A stretch of DNA of 64,000 nt, taken from NCBI RefSeq assembly GCF_018350175.1, contig NC_058382.1, forward strand, positions 53,384,001 through 53,448,000, read 5' to 3'. Made by a program: the position numbers and the translations under genes. This stretch comes from Felis catus. Lineage: Eukaryota. Within the stretch, counting starts at the first letter, position 1, and each line of letters starts with the position of its first letter. Of the stretch, positions 24,144 to 35,645 are shown in pieces. The notes under the pieces are model-generated. The model saw nothing but the letters and a program-made list of their open reading frames with translations. It made no database searches and was not told the DNA's origin.

Positions 24144-25564
24144 TAAATATCCACATTCTTCTGCAGATGGCTGGTCTGCCAAATCATGCCTCCTTTACTG
24201 ACTCTTTTCATTGTAGATAATTGCATTCCATTTCTTTTCATAAATACATATCAATTGCCAAATATGCGTAGGTCTCTAGTACTAGATTCCTATCAAGATA
24301 GTAAAGAAAAGTAAGACTGGATTTAAGCTCTCAAGGGCATTATGGGAGAGGCAGAACCTAAAATGGTATCTTGCCACTCCAATGTAACCTGGAGGAGACC
24401 AATTTTTTGAAGAGCCTATACAGGGAAAAAGAACTCCCACCATATCTGTCAAGGAAGGAGAGAGATACAGTTTTGAAAATCTGTATGTAAAGCAATACCA
24501 GAAGCATCAGGAAAGAAGTGGGCAGGGAGGTTAAAACCTGGTTGTACCCCCCCCCCAACTTCCCAACCTGGCATGTATTAGGCATCCTTGAGACATGGGC
24601 ACACTTAGAGTGATTAGTGGAGATCGGGAAGCCAGCCCAGGGAGTTGAAGCATTGCACCCGCAAGTTGGTACCAGTGAGAACGTGCTGGAGAACATGCCG
24701 ACAATGGGCAGTGGCATCGCTGGGGCCGAGTGCAGAGCATTAAGAAGAGGAGGGCATAGCTGGGCTTTCTCCCTAAGGTCTTGACCTGGGAAAGCACGTC
24801 CAGCGTTTCAGAGATGGGTGCGTAGGCCTTCCTTGAAGGATATGTCACCGATATCCACACGTGGCTTCATCTCCTGGGGGAGCCTGGTGTTCTCCGAGGC
24901 CCTTAGGGGAGTAAAGGGTCTGGCCACACAGCAATGAGCCCACCGTGGCTGGGGAAGTGCTGGATCAAGTTGGTTAAGTTTTCTTTCTCTGCTCTGGCTG
25001 GAGTAGCCCCCCTAGAAAAATCCCATAGCATGGGGCCTGGTGGAAAGGAGGCCATAGTCCCCTCCTGGTTTCACACTGATTGAGGAGAGGGGTGGGCAGA
25101 GCCGTCTCCCCATTCCTTCATTACAAGATCCAACAGTTAGGGAGTACGCACCGTAGGGAGTATACTGTGAAAACTGCAGTTGAAAGTTGTGGCATACAGA
25201 GGGGTAAAACGATCATTATAAAACAGGGCAAAGAGGGCTAACACAGAGCCATACATTGGGAACTCAGGCGGGGACACGTAATCCAGTTTGGAGGTCTCTG
25301 GGGGGCAGGATGCTGCCCAATCTTAGACAGGAGGGTGGGGAGGGCTAGCTGGCAGGTAGGGCAGTGTTTGCACAGGTCTGGGGGAAAAGAAGAGCCTGAA
25401 AGGTTAGGGAGCGAGGTGGACATCATTCAGTGGGGGCTGGACACAGACTGCTAGAGGTCTGCAGAAGTTTGCAAGCCCTCATACCTCTGGCCCACTGAGC
25501 TGTGCAGACACACTATCCATTTTCCCAAGTTTCTTTCTGAACAGTAGAACATGGGCTCTGTAAA

Positions 25565-25619
25565 TGTGTGTGTGTGTGTGCGTGTGTGTGTGTGTGTGTG
25601 TGTGCGTGCGTGTGTGTGT
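25565..25619. repeat. (TG)n microsatellite, interrupted
   Basis: Direct reading. Confidence 0.95.
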
Positions 25620-25641
25620 ACGGATTCTCCAGATTCTGTAC

Positions 25642-25767
25642 CTGGAGGCTCTCACAGTTCTGGGTGACCGCGATCCGTTCGGCCTGGCTTCCACAGCTCG
25701 TGACAGTGGTCTCTTTCCTGCTGCTGGACATCACCCAGTGGCTCTTCTGGAAAGCGTGGACTTGCTC
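25642..25767 (-). other. Candidate 126-nt exon of an unidentified transcript
   Basis: Acceptor ctcattttctgcttttctcctcctcctcctcag|G, donor CAG|gtacag; unique sequence; no expression evidence. Confidence 0.35.
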
Positions 25768-26121
25768 CTGAGGAGGAGGAGGAGAAAAGCAGAAAATGAG
25801 AGATCACCTACAGAGCCCGGCAAATTGTGCTCAAAATTATTTGAGCTGCCACTGGGTTTAGAGGATGGGGGTGAGGATACTCTGATTAGATTTCCAGGCC
25901 GCCTGCGTCAGAAATGATCCCCAGGCAGTTCTTCCCGAGAACAACTGGAAAGGACCCTATTGTCCTCAAGCCCACCAAAAGAAAGGACTCGAACCAGAAA
26001 ATCTCCCACATCCCTCCAAAATCCCATGCTAAAGAAGGCTTCTCTCGAGGATACACAGGAGCCAACCGGGTAGCCTGTTATGAGTAAGGAAGGATAAACA
26101 CACCCAAAGTGAAAGCTTTAC

Positions 26122-26172
26122 CTGTTGTTATGAACAGCAAGGCAGAATCTCAACACACGCGGATCAAAATAG
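26122..26172 (-). other. Candidate 51-nt exon
   Basis: Acceptor gcttcctttttcattag|C, donor CAG|gtaaag. Confidence 0.25.
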
Positions 26173-26192
26173 CTAATGAAAAAGGAAGCATT

Positions 26193-26431
26193 GGGGCGCC
26201 TGGGTGGCTCAGTCAGTTAAGCGTCCAACGTCGTTCAGGTCATGATCTCGCGGTCCCTGAGTGTAAGCCCCGCATCAGGCTCTATGCTGACAGCTTGGAG
26301 CCTGGAGCCCTGCTTCAGATTCTGTGTCTCCTTTCTCTGTCCCTCCTCCGGTGTGCTCTGTCTGTCTGTCTCTCTCCCTCTCTCTCTCCCTCCCTCTCTC
26401 TCAAAAGTAAATCAATGTTAAAAACAATTTT
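26193..26431 (+). mobile_element. CanSINE (felid type)
   Basis: ggggcgcctgggtggctcagtcagttaagcgtcc head, gagcctggagcc, CT tract; degenerate TSD aggaagcatt/aggaagtgtt. Confidence 0.95.
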
Positions 26432-29400
26432 AAGAGGAAGTGTTCATGGCAACTCCTACACTAGGAAGATATGACTCAACTATCCATAGATCGCGACACC
26501 AGGAAGCTGGGAAAAGCCACGTGACTCTGCAGGAGACAGATTCTGTGGCTATTACAACCCTGATTCCCCTGAGGATGAAGGTTTGGTTTGGCTGTGGACC
26601 ACGAGCTAGACGTTGACTAGTCTGACTCTCTTGTGGACCAACCACAAGCGTTGAGAGAGAAGTCTCTATTTCAACCCATAAAGTTCTGGACACGTATGGG
26701 GGTCAGGAGGAAGTAGGATGTTGGGAGTAGTTAGGAATCCAAAGTGCTTGCTGGGAGGAACCATACATTTCTTTTCAATCACTGATTCTCAATGGAACGG
26801 TCTCAGGACTAGCCCAGGTCCCAACAGTCGTGTAGCCAGTCACCCGAGATCCCTCCTCACCTTCTCCCTCCACGTTGAACCCACCTCTAGTTGGCCCCCA
26901 GGTTCTGCTGGCCGACCTCAAATACCTTATGAATTCACTCAATCTCAGTTATAATGGTTGCAGCTCAAGCCATTCCAGTCCTTCCCTAAACAGGCTTCCT
27001 GTCTCCACTCTTGCCCCTCTTCTTCAGACTAACTTATGCTTTTGGGTCACAGGGAGAGAGTTTTAGAACTTGAATCTTACTCTGCAATGATACGACTCAA
27101 CCTCCAGGTGTGTGCGGGGGACGCAGGCTAACTTCTGGAACTGAGGTCACAAGATCTTCCCTGATCTAACCTGGCCCACCCCTCCGGTCTTCCCACCCAC
27201 CTTGTGCCACCTCCCCGCCTCCTTCGCCACACAGCCATTGGCTCCCGTTCACAGGTACCTCACTTATTCCTTCTTACTTCTGTGGTTTTGTTCATCCAAT
27301 TCTTCTCCGGGCATTGTGTTTCCACTCAAGCCAGGAAAGAATCCAGGGCATCCCCGACCCAAACCTTTTGTTCCACTTGCCACATTGGGGCAGAGAGATT
27401 TGTTCATGCTCGGATCTTCCTCCCTGACCTCTTGAGGGAGCACCACTGAACGCATGTCGACCTCCTCACCTTTTCTGGTGCCGGCCACGTGTCAACAGGC
27501 AGAAAATCATCCCGAACGAGCAAATGGCCAAGTATCCAGCTAGCTTACAGCACTCATCCTTAACCTAAGCTCACGAGGCGGGCTACAGATTTTCCAGAGA
27601 CGAGTTCAAATCCCTCCACCGTCATTCTCCAGCGGTGGGCCTGGCAGCAAGTTTGACTTCATCCCTTGAAGTCGCCTTGTTTTCGTGTGGAAAGTGGTGA
27701 AGACAAGTGGATTGTTATGCGAATGACCAAAAAAGAACATAGGCTAAGCTCTCACCACAGTGCTTCATGCGTGCTCTGTAAATAATTCAACTGTTGTCAT
27801 TACCATCATCACCATGAATCAGCAGGACTCTGTCTTCAGAGTTCCTGTACGCATTTCTCACTTCTGTGTTTGGCCTTGATTTTCCTGATGGCCTTTCTTC
27901 ATCTTGACATCGTGGGGTGGTGGGAGACAGATGGACTCGCATAGAATACCTTCCTTCTCATCATCAACTAACAGAAACAGCAGCCTCCCTGAGATTCCAT
28001 CTGTGTCCATCACTGCTAACAAGTGTGGTGGGCTGGAGGCATTTTGAGGGTGTGCACAGAAAGAAGAGGGAGAAACTAAGCACAGAAGTCTCACTCGTCC
28101 TTCTAAATGCGTAGCATACATTATGCACCATATGTTTTGTTCTTCTGAAATATGTTAGATCGAAGCCGCAAGTCTGACTTTGGTCTCTGGCCCAAAGCGG
28201 CTACCGAAAAGGGGCTATGACCTCATTCTCTGATCTTGCACTCTCAATAAGAAACCTCATTTTTCAACTTAGGGAAATCCAAGAAGCGATGATGTGTACG
28301 AATCCAGGGAAGGGCTCGTCCTATTCACACTTGTTACCACATCCAAAACAAACACAGTGAGGCCTATTAACATCCAGGGTGTCAACTTGGGTGGGGGGTC
28401 CTTGGAAACCCAGAAGTCTCCACTGGCAGCTTCTGTCAAGGCTAACTACACTTAACTTGTCAGGAAAGGTTGAGAGATTTACCAATTTAAATCCCTCCCG
28501 TGGCCTTCTGGTCTACTGTTGTTCTCTGACCTACCACAGACCAAAACAATCATTCTGGTTGTCAAATTCACGGTTGGCCATTGTGCAAGAGCCCTGTGTT
28601 ACTCAGGCAAGATCTTCAGAAATGATTATGACAAATCCTGTTATTGGTGGTTGTCTCTTCCTTTCGTTAGAACTTTTCTCAGCCTTCCGTCCTGTCTTTC
28701 CCTTTAAGATTTCACAGTGTTTTATTTGAAATAAGGGGAGCTGTTCTAGATTTTTAAAGTGCTATCTGGGCTTGGTATCGCATTTCTTCTTAAAAGAGAC
28801 AATAATTGTGGGATTCAATTTGTTGCCAGGGACTGTAGAAGATACTTACTATATTGGAGGGATCTGTTTTTATCATCACGATAACCTGAAAAAAAAAATG
28901 TGATATCCATGAAGAAACTGAGGTTTAGAGAAGTAATTGAACTTGTCTAAGGTCACACAAATAGTAACCAGTGGAGACAGAATTAAAAACCTTTTAGAGC
29001 TTAATCCAAATTCCACACATTGCATTACCCTGTCTTTTTTTTCTTTCTTTCTTTCTTTTTTTTTTAATACCTCGGGTATTTTGTTTCCTAGTTACAACTC
29101 TGAGCGAGTTTTTCCATGGGAGAGACTATAGTCGGGGAAATGCCATAGTGGGAATCCAGCAGGAAGAAGAAAGCCTCCTGTCTCTTCGTAGGTGGTGAAG
29201 ACATTTGTTGGGCCAAAAACTAAATAATATCTCCTCCTCATCAAGGAGGAGAGGTGTGGGGAAAACAGCCTGCAGAAATTTCCCTTTGAGTTGGGAAAGC
29301 TAACATTCTGGATCTTCAAAATACAAGATCGCTTCAACTATAGCACAGAACGTAAAATTTCTTTCCAGGTGCACCCAGAGACTATTGACCGCATCTCCAA

Positions 29401-30716
29401 GAGGGAGGGATCCTGCTAAAATAATCATGCGTTGGCATTCCGGTAGACCCTGAGCTTCCAGAATCCTCCTGCTCACCATAGAGATGGTCCCCAAGTCTTC
29501 TGCTGGTAACATGAAGAGTCTCCCTTGGGTCTTAAACCTAGCTGCTGCCAAATCTGGGTCACTTCTGCCCAGAAGAGACTGTTCCCGGTTGCGATGGATC
29601 GGTGTGGTTGCTTCTCTGCCAACAACCGTTGTTGAGAGATTTGTTAGTTCCAGAATCTGGAAGAGCTGCCTATTAATTGCATTCCGTTACGCAAGACTAG
29701 ATCGTCAAACATCTTCTAGGTACTTTGTGCTTTGTTTTAGGCACCAGTGTATAATTTGGAAGTATAAATAATGCAAATTTCCCTTTTGGAAATCTCAACT
29801 AGTCCACTGTTGTACCTCATGGAGGCTGATCCTTTGCTGCGTGGGAAATAAGTTTTCCTGTCTGCACTGGAGTTGTAGGTAACCAACGAATCGTTCTTGC
29901 CCCAGCAGACAGCGTTTGGCCCTAAGCAATCTGTGAATAATTAAGCAACAAACACAGCTGCAAGTTCTAAAATGTTCAACATTTAATACATGTTAAGTAA
30001 CATTTCTTCCCCCCAGTGGAGAGGGAGGGGGCTAGACAAAATAATTATCGAGACTTAGTCCCACTCTCCTCAAACTCATTTTGATGATCACTTTGTTCAC
30101 AGACCAGCATTGAAGAACTGCCCCCTCCGCCAAGCAGGGCCACGGGCTCAGTGAAACTTCACCCATTGCCAAGTCCCAGATCTGTAAAGAGAGCGGACAA
30201 GCTGTCTATACAAGCAGTGTGGATTACTGCAAGACCGGGGGTTCTGTATCTCACTTGCCCAACGTTTGCTGGGAGGCCGTGGGTGGACCCCAATGTATCT
30301 GTCTCATGTTCTTTCCCTGCGAAGCAAGAGGGTTGACTTATCTGATTTCGGAGACCCCTTTAGAGCTAATGTTCGGTGTATTCATGCCAAAGCACAGAAA
30401 CACCTGGCATTGTTCCCAAACGCACTAAGAATGGGCAGGAGGCGAAGGAGGTGGCAAAGGGCCAGCATTGCATCAGAGAGACCCGGGTGCAAATTTTCCC
30501 TCCAACGCGCTGAGTAATCTCGAGGGAGCTGCTCTACCTCTCTAAACCTCCAGGTTTCTTTTTGTAAGAAAATACTTAATATACTGCATCCCTCGAAGAG
30601 AGAAGCGAGCATGAACTGTGATAAATATAAGGCACTGGGGACGGTTTTGAGGCAGAATGAACTCTCAGTTGCTGACTCTGAAAGTCACAATTTGAAACTA
30701 AACGTCTGGCACTTAC

Positions 30717-30833
30717 CCGTATTTCGGATGTTTGCCTCCTGAGGCTATCTTCTTTGATCTGTCCATCCTCGCGTCCCTCTTGTTGGCGGGCTCCTTAACT
30801 CCTTCTCCTGCACCCCTCATGTGTGTCCTTTGT
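30717..30833 (-). other. Candidate 117-nt purine-rich exon
   Basis: Acceptor aacttctttttcag|A, donor CGG|gtaagt; a single open frame (QRTHMRGAGEGVKEPANKRDARMDRSKKIASGGKHPKY). Confidence 0.35.
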
Positions 30834-31199
30834 CTGAAAAAGAAGTTCCAGTTTATTTGCTAATGGTTCAAAGTAGGGCTAAGTTATCTCTATAGTCTGC
30901 AGAACTCAGAGCCTGCCTTTCACTGGAAATTAATAGGGGCACTTGTTTATTACGTACGCGGGCTAGACTCAAGCTGGTCTCCCCATTTGCCAGTCCGTTC
31001 GACACACAGTAGCCAGATGATCAGATCCATCCAGAAGTACAAATCTCTGGAGTAGCTTCCCACTGATGTTATTATCGATAAAACGGAAATTCTTAACAGA
31101 CACTGCCTGTTTTCCCAGATCCACGTTGTGGCTCTAGCTTCTGCAGGGATAAGCTTCCTCCCACCCCTAAAAACAGCATGCTCCTTTATGTATCAGAAC

Positions 31200-31590
31200 C
31201 CTTGACACAATGCCTCTGCCATCGGCAACGTAGCACCCTCCAAGTATATTCTTCCTCCCCATTCAAAGCCCAGCTCGAAAGCCTCTTTCTCAAGGAAGCA
31301 CTCCTTGATATGCACTCTCACTCACTCCATTTAAGACAAGATCATGACTTCTTGGTAAATGTGTGCATAAGAAGCCTACACTTCCCAGCACCTTTTTTTT
31401 TAAAGCAATAGTTATAATCGAAATTTAACCATTATTGCTACAACTCATAAATTGACGTCTGTCCCGTCTTCCTCCCTATGTAAATTCTAGGCTCAGAGTA
31501 TGACTGTCCTTTCCACTACTACATTTCGACTGCACAGTACAATGTCTAGCACATAGTAGGTATTCAGTGACATTTAGTGAATGAACTTTG
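31200..31590. mobile_element. L2 3'-end remnant
   Basis: ttcaaagcccagctc...tctagcacatagtaggtattcagtgacatttagtgaatgaac. Confidence 0.6.
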
Positions 31591-31909
31591 GCTATTTGAA
31601 TGAAGACGTGCACGTGCAAAATGAAAACAGTCCATCCTGTATCGCAAGACGTGGAGTTGGATGCTCATAAATTATTTAAAAAGTTAGACATTTGACAGGA
31701 ACAAAACGATCCTGAGATCCTGGAAGGCTCCAGGATGTACAGTTGTTGAAATGTCACCTTTAAGACGTGGGTATTGATTTACAGTTTGCATTCTTGAGTA
31801 CAGAGGATTCTGTACTAGCAAGGAAAAAAAAATCCAATTTCTGAATCTCAGTAAAGGAGAAGACTAAGTCAGGTTTGGTATCATCTGTCGGAAGGAAGGG
31901 AAGGTTGTG

Positions 31910-31912
<3 letters not shown>

Positions 31913-31950
<38 letters not shown>

Positions 31951-31951
31951 C
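31913..31951. repeat. (TG)n(CG)n repeat
   Basis: Direct reading. Confidence 0.95.
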
Positions 31952-32019
31952 TCATTGAAGGGTTTAACATTGCCTGGCATTCTTGGTGGTGAGAAGAAAA
32001 AGCTGTAAGACATTTTATT

Positions 32020-33295
32020 TTCATCAGAGATTAGTTTTGCCTATTTTAATACATCACCTGAGTTTTATCACACAGTAGTACTCTGGTATCTGACTGCCTG
32101 TGCTCAGAATAGTTTTGGAGTTTCACCCATGTTGTGGAGTGCACTAGCACTTTGCTACTTTTTATTACTGTGTAGTATTCCACCGGATGGCTATACCACA
32201 AATCTTTAATCCATTTCATGTGATGGACATCTGGGCTCTCTATAGTTCCTTATACTATTAATGAAGTTTTTTTTTAAACATTTCTTGTACAAGTCTTATT
32301 GTGTATACAAGCTTTCCTGTCCTTTGGGTAAACACCTAAGAGTGGTATTCTTGGGTCACGGGGTAGGGATATGTTGACTTCTGCGATATCGCTGGACTGA
32401 TTCTCAGAGTGGTTTTTGCCATTTTGCATTCCAGTTTCACAGCAGCCTCTGGTGTTGTTGATCTCTTATTGTAGCCATCCTGGTGGGTGTATAATATTAT
32501 CTCGTAGTTTTAAATTGTATTTTTCTGAAAACTAATGTGGAACTTTTCTTCGTGGGTTATTGACAATTTGATATTTTTCTTTCTTACGTTCCTATTTGAG
32601 TCTTTGTCCATTTTATTTTGAACAGTGTCATTCACCTTTTAAATATTGGGTTTTAGGGGCGCCTGGGTGGCGCAGTCGGTTGAGCGGCCGACTTTGGCTC
32701 AGGTCATGATCTCGCGGTCTGTGATTTCAAGCCCTGCATCGGGCTCTGGGCTGACAGCTCAGAGCCTGGAGACTGTTTCAGACTCTGTGTCTCCCTCTCT
32801 CTGACCCTCCCCTGTTCATGCTGTCTCTCTCTGTCTCAAAAATAAATAAACGTTAAAAAAACTTTAAAAAAATAAATATTGGGTTTTAGAGGTTGTGTAT
32901 AGATTTATATATTTTGCATATGAGTCTTAATCAAATAAATGTATTACAACAATTTTCTCTAAGACTGTGACTCACCTGTTCACTTCTTAAAGGTGTCTTT
33001 TGAACGGAATGTGCTTTATATTCATGAAGTCCATTTTCATTCATTTTTTCCTTCATGGTTATTACATTTCGTGTTCTAAGAAAACTTTGCTCTCTTAAAT
33101 GTTGTGAAGATGTCCTCTTCGTTTCATGATAGAAGCTTTGTTGTTTTTGCTTTTACGTTTGGGTCTATGAATCATCTTCTCAAATTGATCTTTGAATATG
33201 GTATAAGGTATGAATCAAAGCTCATTTTTTTGTTCCATATGGATCTATCCCTTTCCTCCACTGAATGGCTTTGGTCTCTGAGTTGAAAGTTAATT
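32020..33295 (-). mobile_element. Ancient L1M fragment, split by a SINE
   Basis: tagtattccac...tgatggacatctggg...tagccatcctggtgggtgt...atgaagtcc...tctaagaaa...gggtctatga...ggtataaggta. Confidence 0.85.
32657..32872 (+). mobile_element. Felid SINEC
   Basis: gggcgcctgggtggcgcagtcgg head; perfect 17-bp TSD taaatattgggttttag at 32640-32656 and 32873-32889. Confidence 0.98.
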
Positions 33296-33299
33296 GACC

Positions 33300-34016
33300 C
33301 TTTCTAATTATTTGACATTTAACTATGTTCTTTAGTTTATTTGCACCTGTATGGCAAAGATATTATACAATGATTCACGACTGTACCTCTCTTCCCAAAC
33401 TCTACGTTCAGGGACATCAGGTTGGTGGCTTGAAATCGGCCGTGACGGGAACATTTACACCATGGAAACAGGGTACAGATCAAGGCTTAAGTGTTGTTAT
33501 TTTGATTCTCCAGAGTTCAGAATGTATTGGGAACAATGTTAATAATGTAGATGCACCTTAAAGTGGTACCACGTTTGCAACTATGAGGCTGTGAAAAGCA
33601 CCCAAACTGGAAGAAAACTTGTGGCTGTATTTGAAAGCTGTTATCACTCCAGCAAAGAAGTCATGCGCATCATTAATGAATAGATGCTTCACTTCGCCTC
33701 CATCCCGCCCATTAATGTAAACACAACACCAACAAACATTCATGCGGGCACTATCCGCACTGTTTATCGCAACCGTAGGTGGGGCTGAGATACAAGTGTG
33801 TAACAAAAATGCCAACAAAAGCATTTTTGTGAGAATTAATGGACTATATGGAATCTATTTAAAAAAGAGTATTAACTATTTAATTATTATTTGTAAATGC
33901 TATGCTTTATATTCCTTATATCAACAACATTTATAATAAATTTGTGCATGTATAGATACCCACGCTTTCTCCCTCTTCCTACTGAGAGCCAGCCGTTAAA
34001 CATTTACCAGCCACAC
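33300..34016. mobile_element. MER63-type (hAT-Blackjack) DNA transposon fossil
   Basis: tcttcccaaac...ttggtggcttgaaatcggcc...atttacaccatggaaa and terminal gagagccagccgttaaacatttaccagc. Confidence 0.75.
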
Positions 34017-35433
34017 AACACTGCCTAACTTACAGTGCTGTGAAGAGTAAGTAGACGGAGCTCCATGATACTGCTTGAATGTTGCTGGATTTCCATCAGG
34101 TCATGTACAAGGTCTTGGCCAACTTGGAGAAAGTGAAGGGAAAGCTTTATGGGGGGGAGGGCTCTGATGGCTTTGCAGGAGGAAGTAAGGCGACACGGCC
34201 CGTGAGAAAAGCCCATGCTCAAGGCTCAGCCTCAGGAGAAGCACACAGGTGGGAAAGCAATCTTGGGAATGGTCCTCCCTCCAGGTAGGGCAGCATGAGG
34301 GCAGGTCAAGGCCAGTGGTGGGGAAAGGCAGGGAAAGCTGGCTTGGCATAAGTTTGTGAATACCCTTGAATTCCAAACCGTGGAATTTGTACTTGAAATA
34401 GCAGGCAGTAGGGAGCCATTGAAGATCTCTGAGTCAGGGAATCGCACGGCTAGAGTTGTGTTTTCTGACAGTTAATCTGGAGGCATGGTAAAACTGGAGA
34501 CGAAAGGTTGAAGTTAGAAGTCAGGTTGCTGCTTTAAAATACGGATGAAAGCAGGTGCCATGAGCCCAAACTAAGCCAGGGGCCATCGGAACAGAAAGGA
34601 TGTGAGTAATGGAAGAAACAGACCCAGGGTAGAAGTGACAGCACTTGGAAAAATAATTCTACTTTCAAAAAAAAAGAAAAACTTTTTATTTTTAAATTTT
34701 CTTTTAATGTGTAAGTTTTATTTTTCATGGAGGTTTGGGAATGTGGGGAGGTGTCAATGAATCAGAAAAGCATAAAACAAAGAGACTGAGGTGCTAAAAG
34801 CACTCAGGAATTTTTACACCAAACCCTCATTGATGTTCATTTGCAGGATTTGGGGTGATTGAGGGTTTTTGCTCCCGTGAATACATATATTTTTTAATTA
34901 ATGTACATTTTAACTCTTATTTACTATTTCCTTCCTAAGGGCTTGCTATTTAATAAAAGGAATAAAATAAAGTCTTGGTTTTTTTTTTGTTTTTTGCGTT
35001 TTTTTTTAACCAGAAATATTTAAAGAATGTTCTCTGTTTGCCTTTGAGTGCATTCTGGCGAGGTGACTTTAGGCCATAAAGACTTGAGTGCTTGGGTCAT
35101 GTCCTGTCACAGAGCTTTGTCTTGTTTATTTGGAATATAGAGGAGATGTGGTAGAGACCACTTAATTCTCAGGAGCCATCTGAAAGCAGCCAAGGCATAA
35201 TTCTTAAGAAAGAAATTCTTTTAAAAACGATTTTTTGGGGGGGAGGCACTCTAAGGTATTAGAATATTCTAGAAGTTCTTGAAGTTTGTTTAGGGTAAAA
35301 TAAGTCTAAAGAGAATATTCTCACAGACCATACACATCCTTTGGACTCAAGACAACGGGCGAGTTGATATTGTAGCTAACTTGGCGTAAGAGAAGGCATG
35401 TCTGTTCTTTTGCAAATCAGATTGTATTATTTT

Positions 35434-35645
35434 ATTATTTTCTTTACTTATTTATTTGAGAGAGAGAGAGAGTACGAGAGCGGAGAGGGGGAGGAGGGGC
35501 AGAGGGAGAGAGAAAGAATCTCAGGCAGGCTCCACGCTCAATGACGAGCACAACACGGGGCTCGATCCCACGACCCTGGCTGGGATCGTGACCTGAGCCG
35601 AAATCAAGAGTCAAAGGCTCAGCTGACTGAGCCAGCCAGGAGCCC
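35434..35645 (-). mobile_element. CanSINE (older type)
   Basis: SINE body; TSD cagattgtattatttt (35418-35433) and cagatggcattatttt (35646-35661). Confidence 0.95.

Noticed and set aside
25642..25767. 126-nt candidate exon read in its fully open frame (EQVHAFQKSHWVMSSSRKETT...) as part of a known protein
   Set aside because: Peptide not recognised, and no phase-0 partner exon with convincing coding character was found.
29300..29771. Processed pseudogene
   Set aside because: Coding-like appearance, but no recognisable protein, poly(A) tail or TSD.
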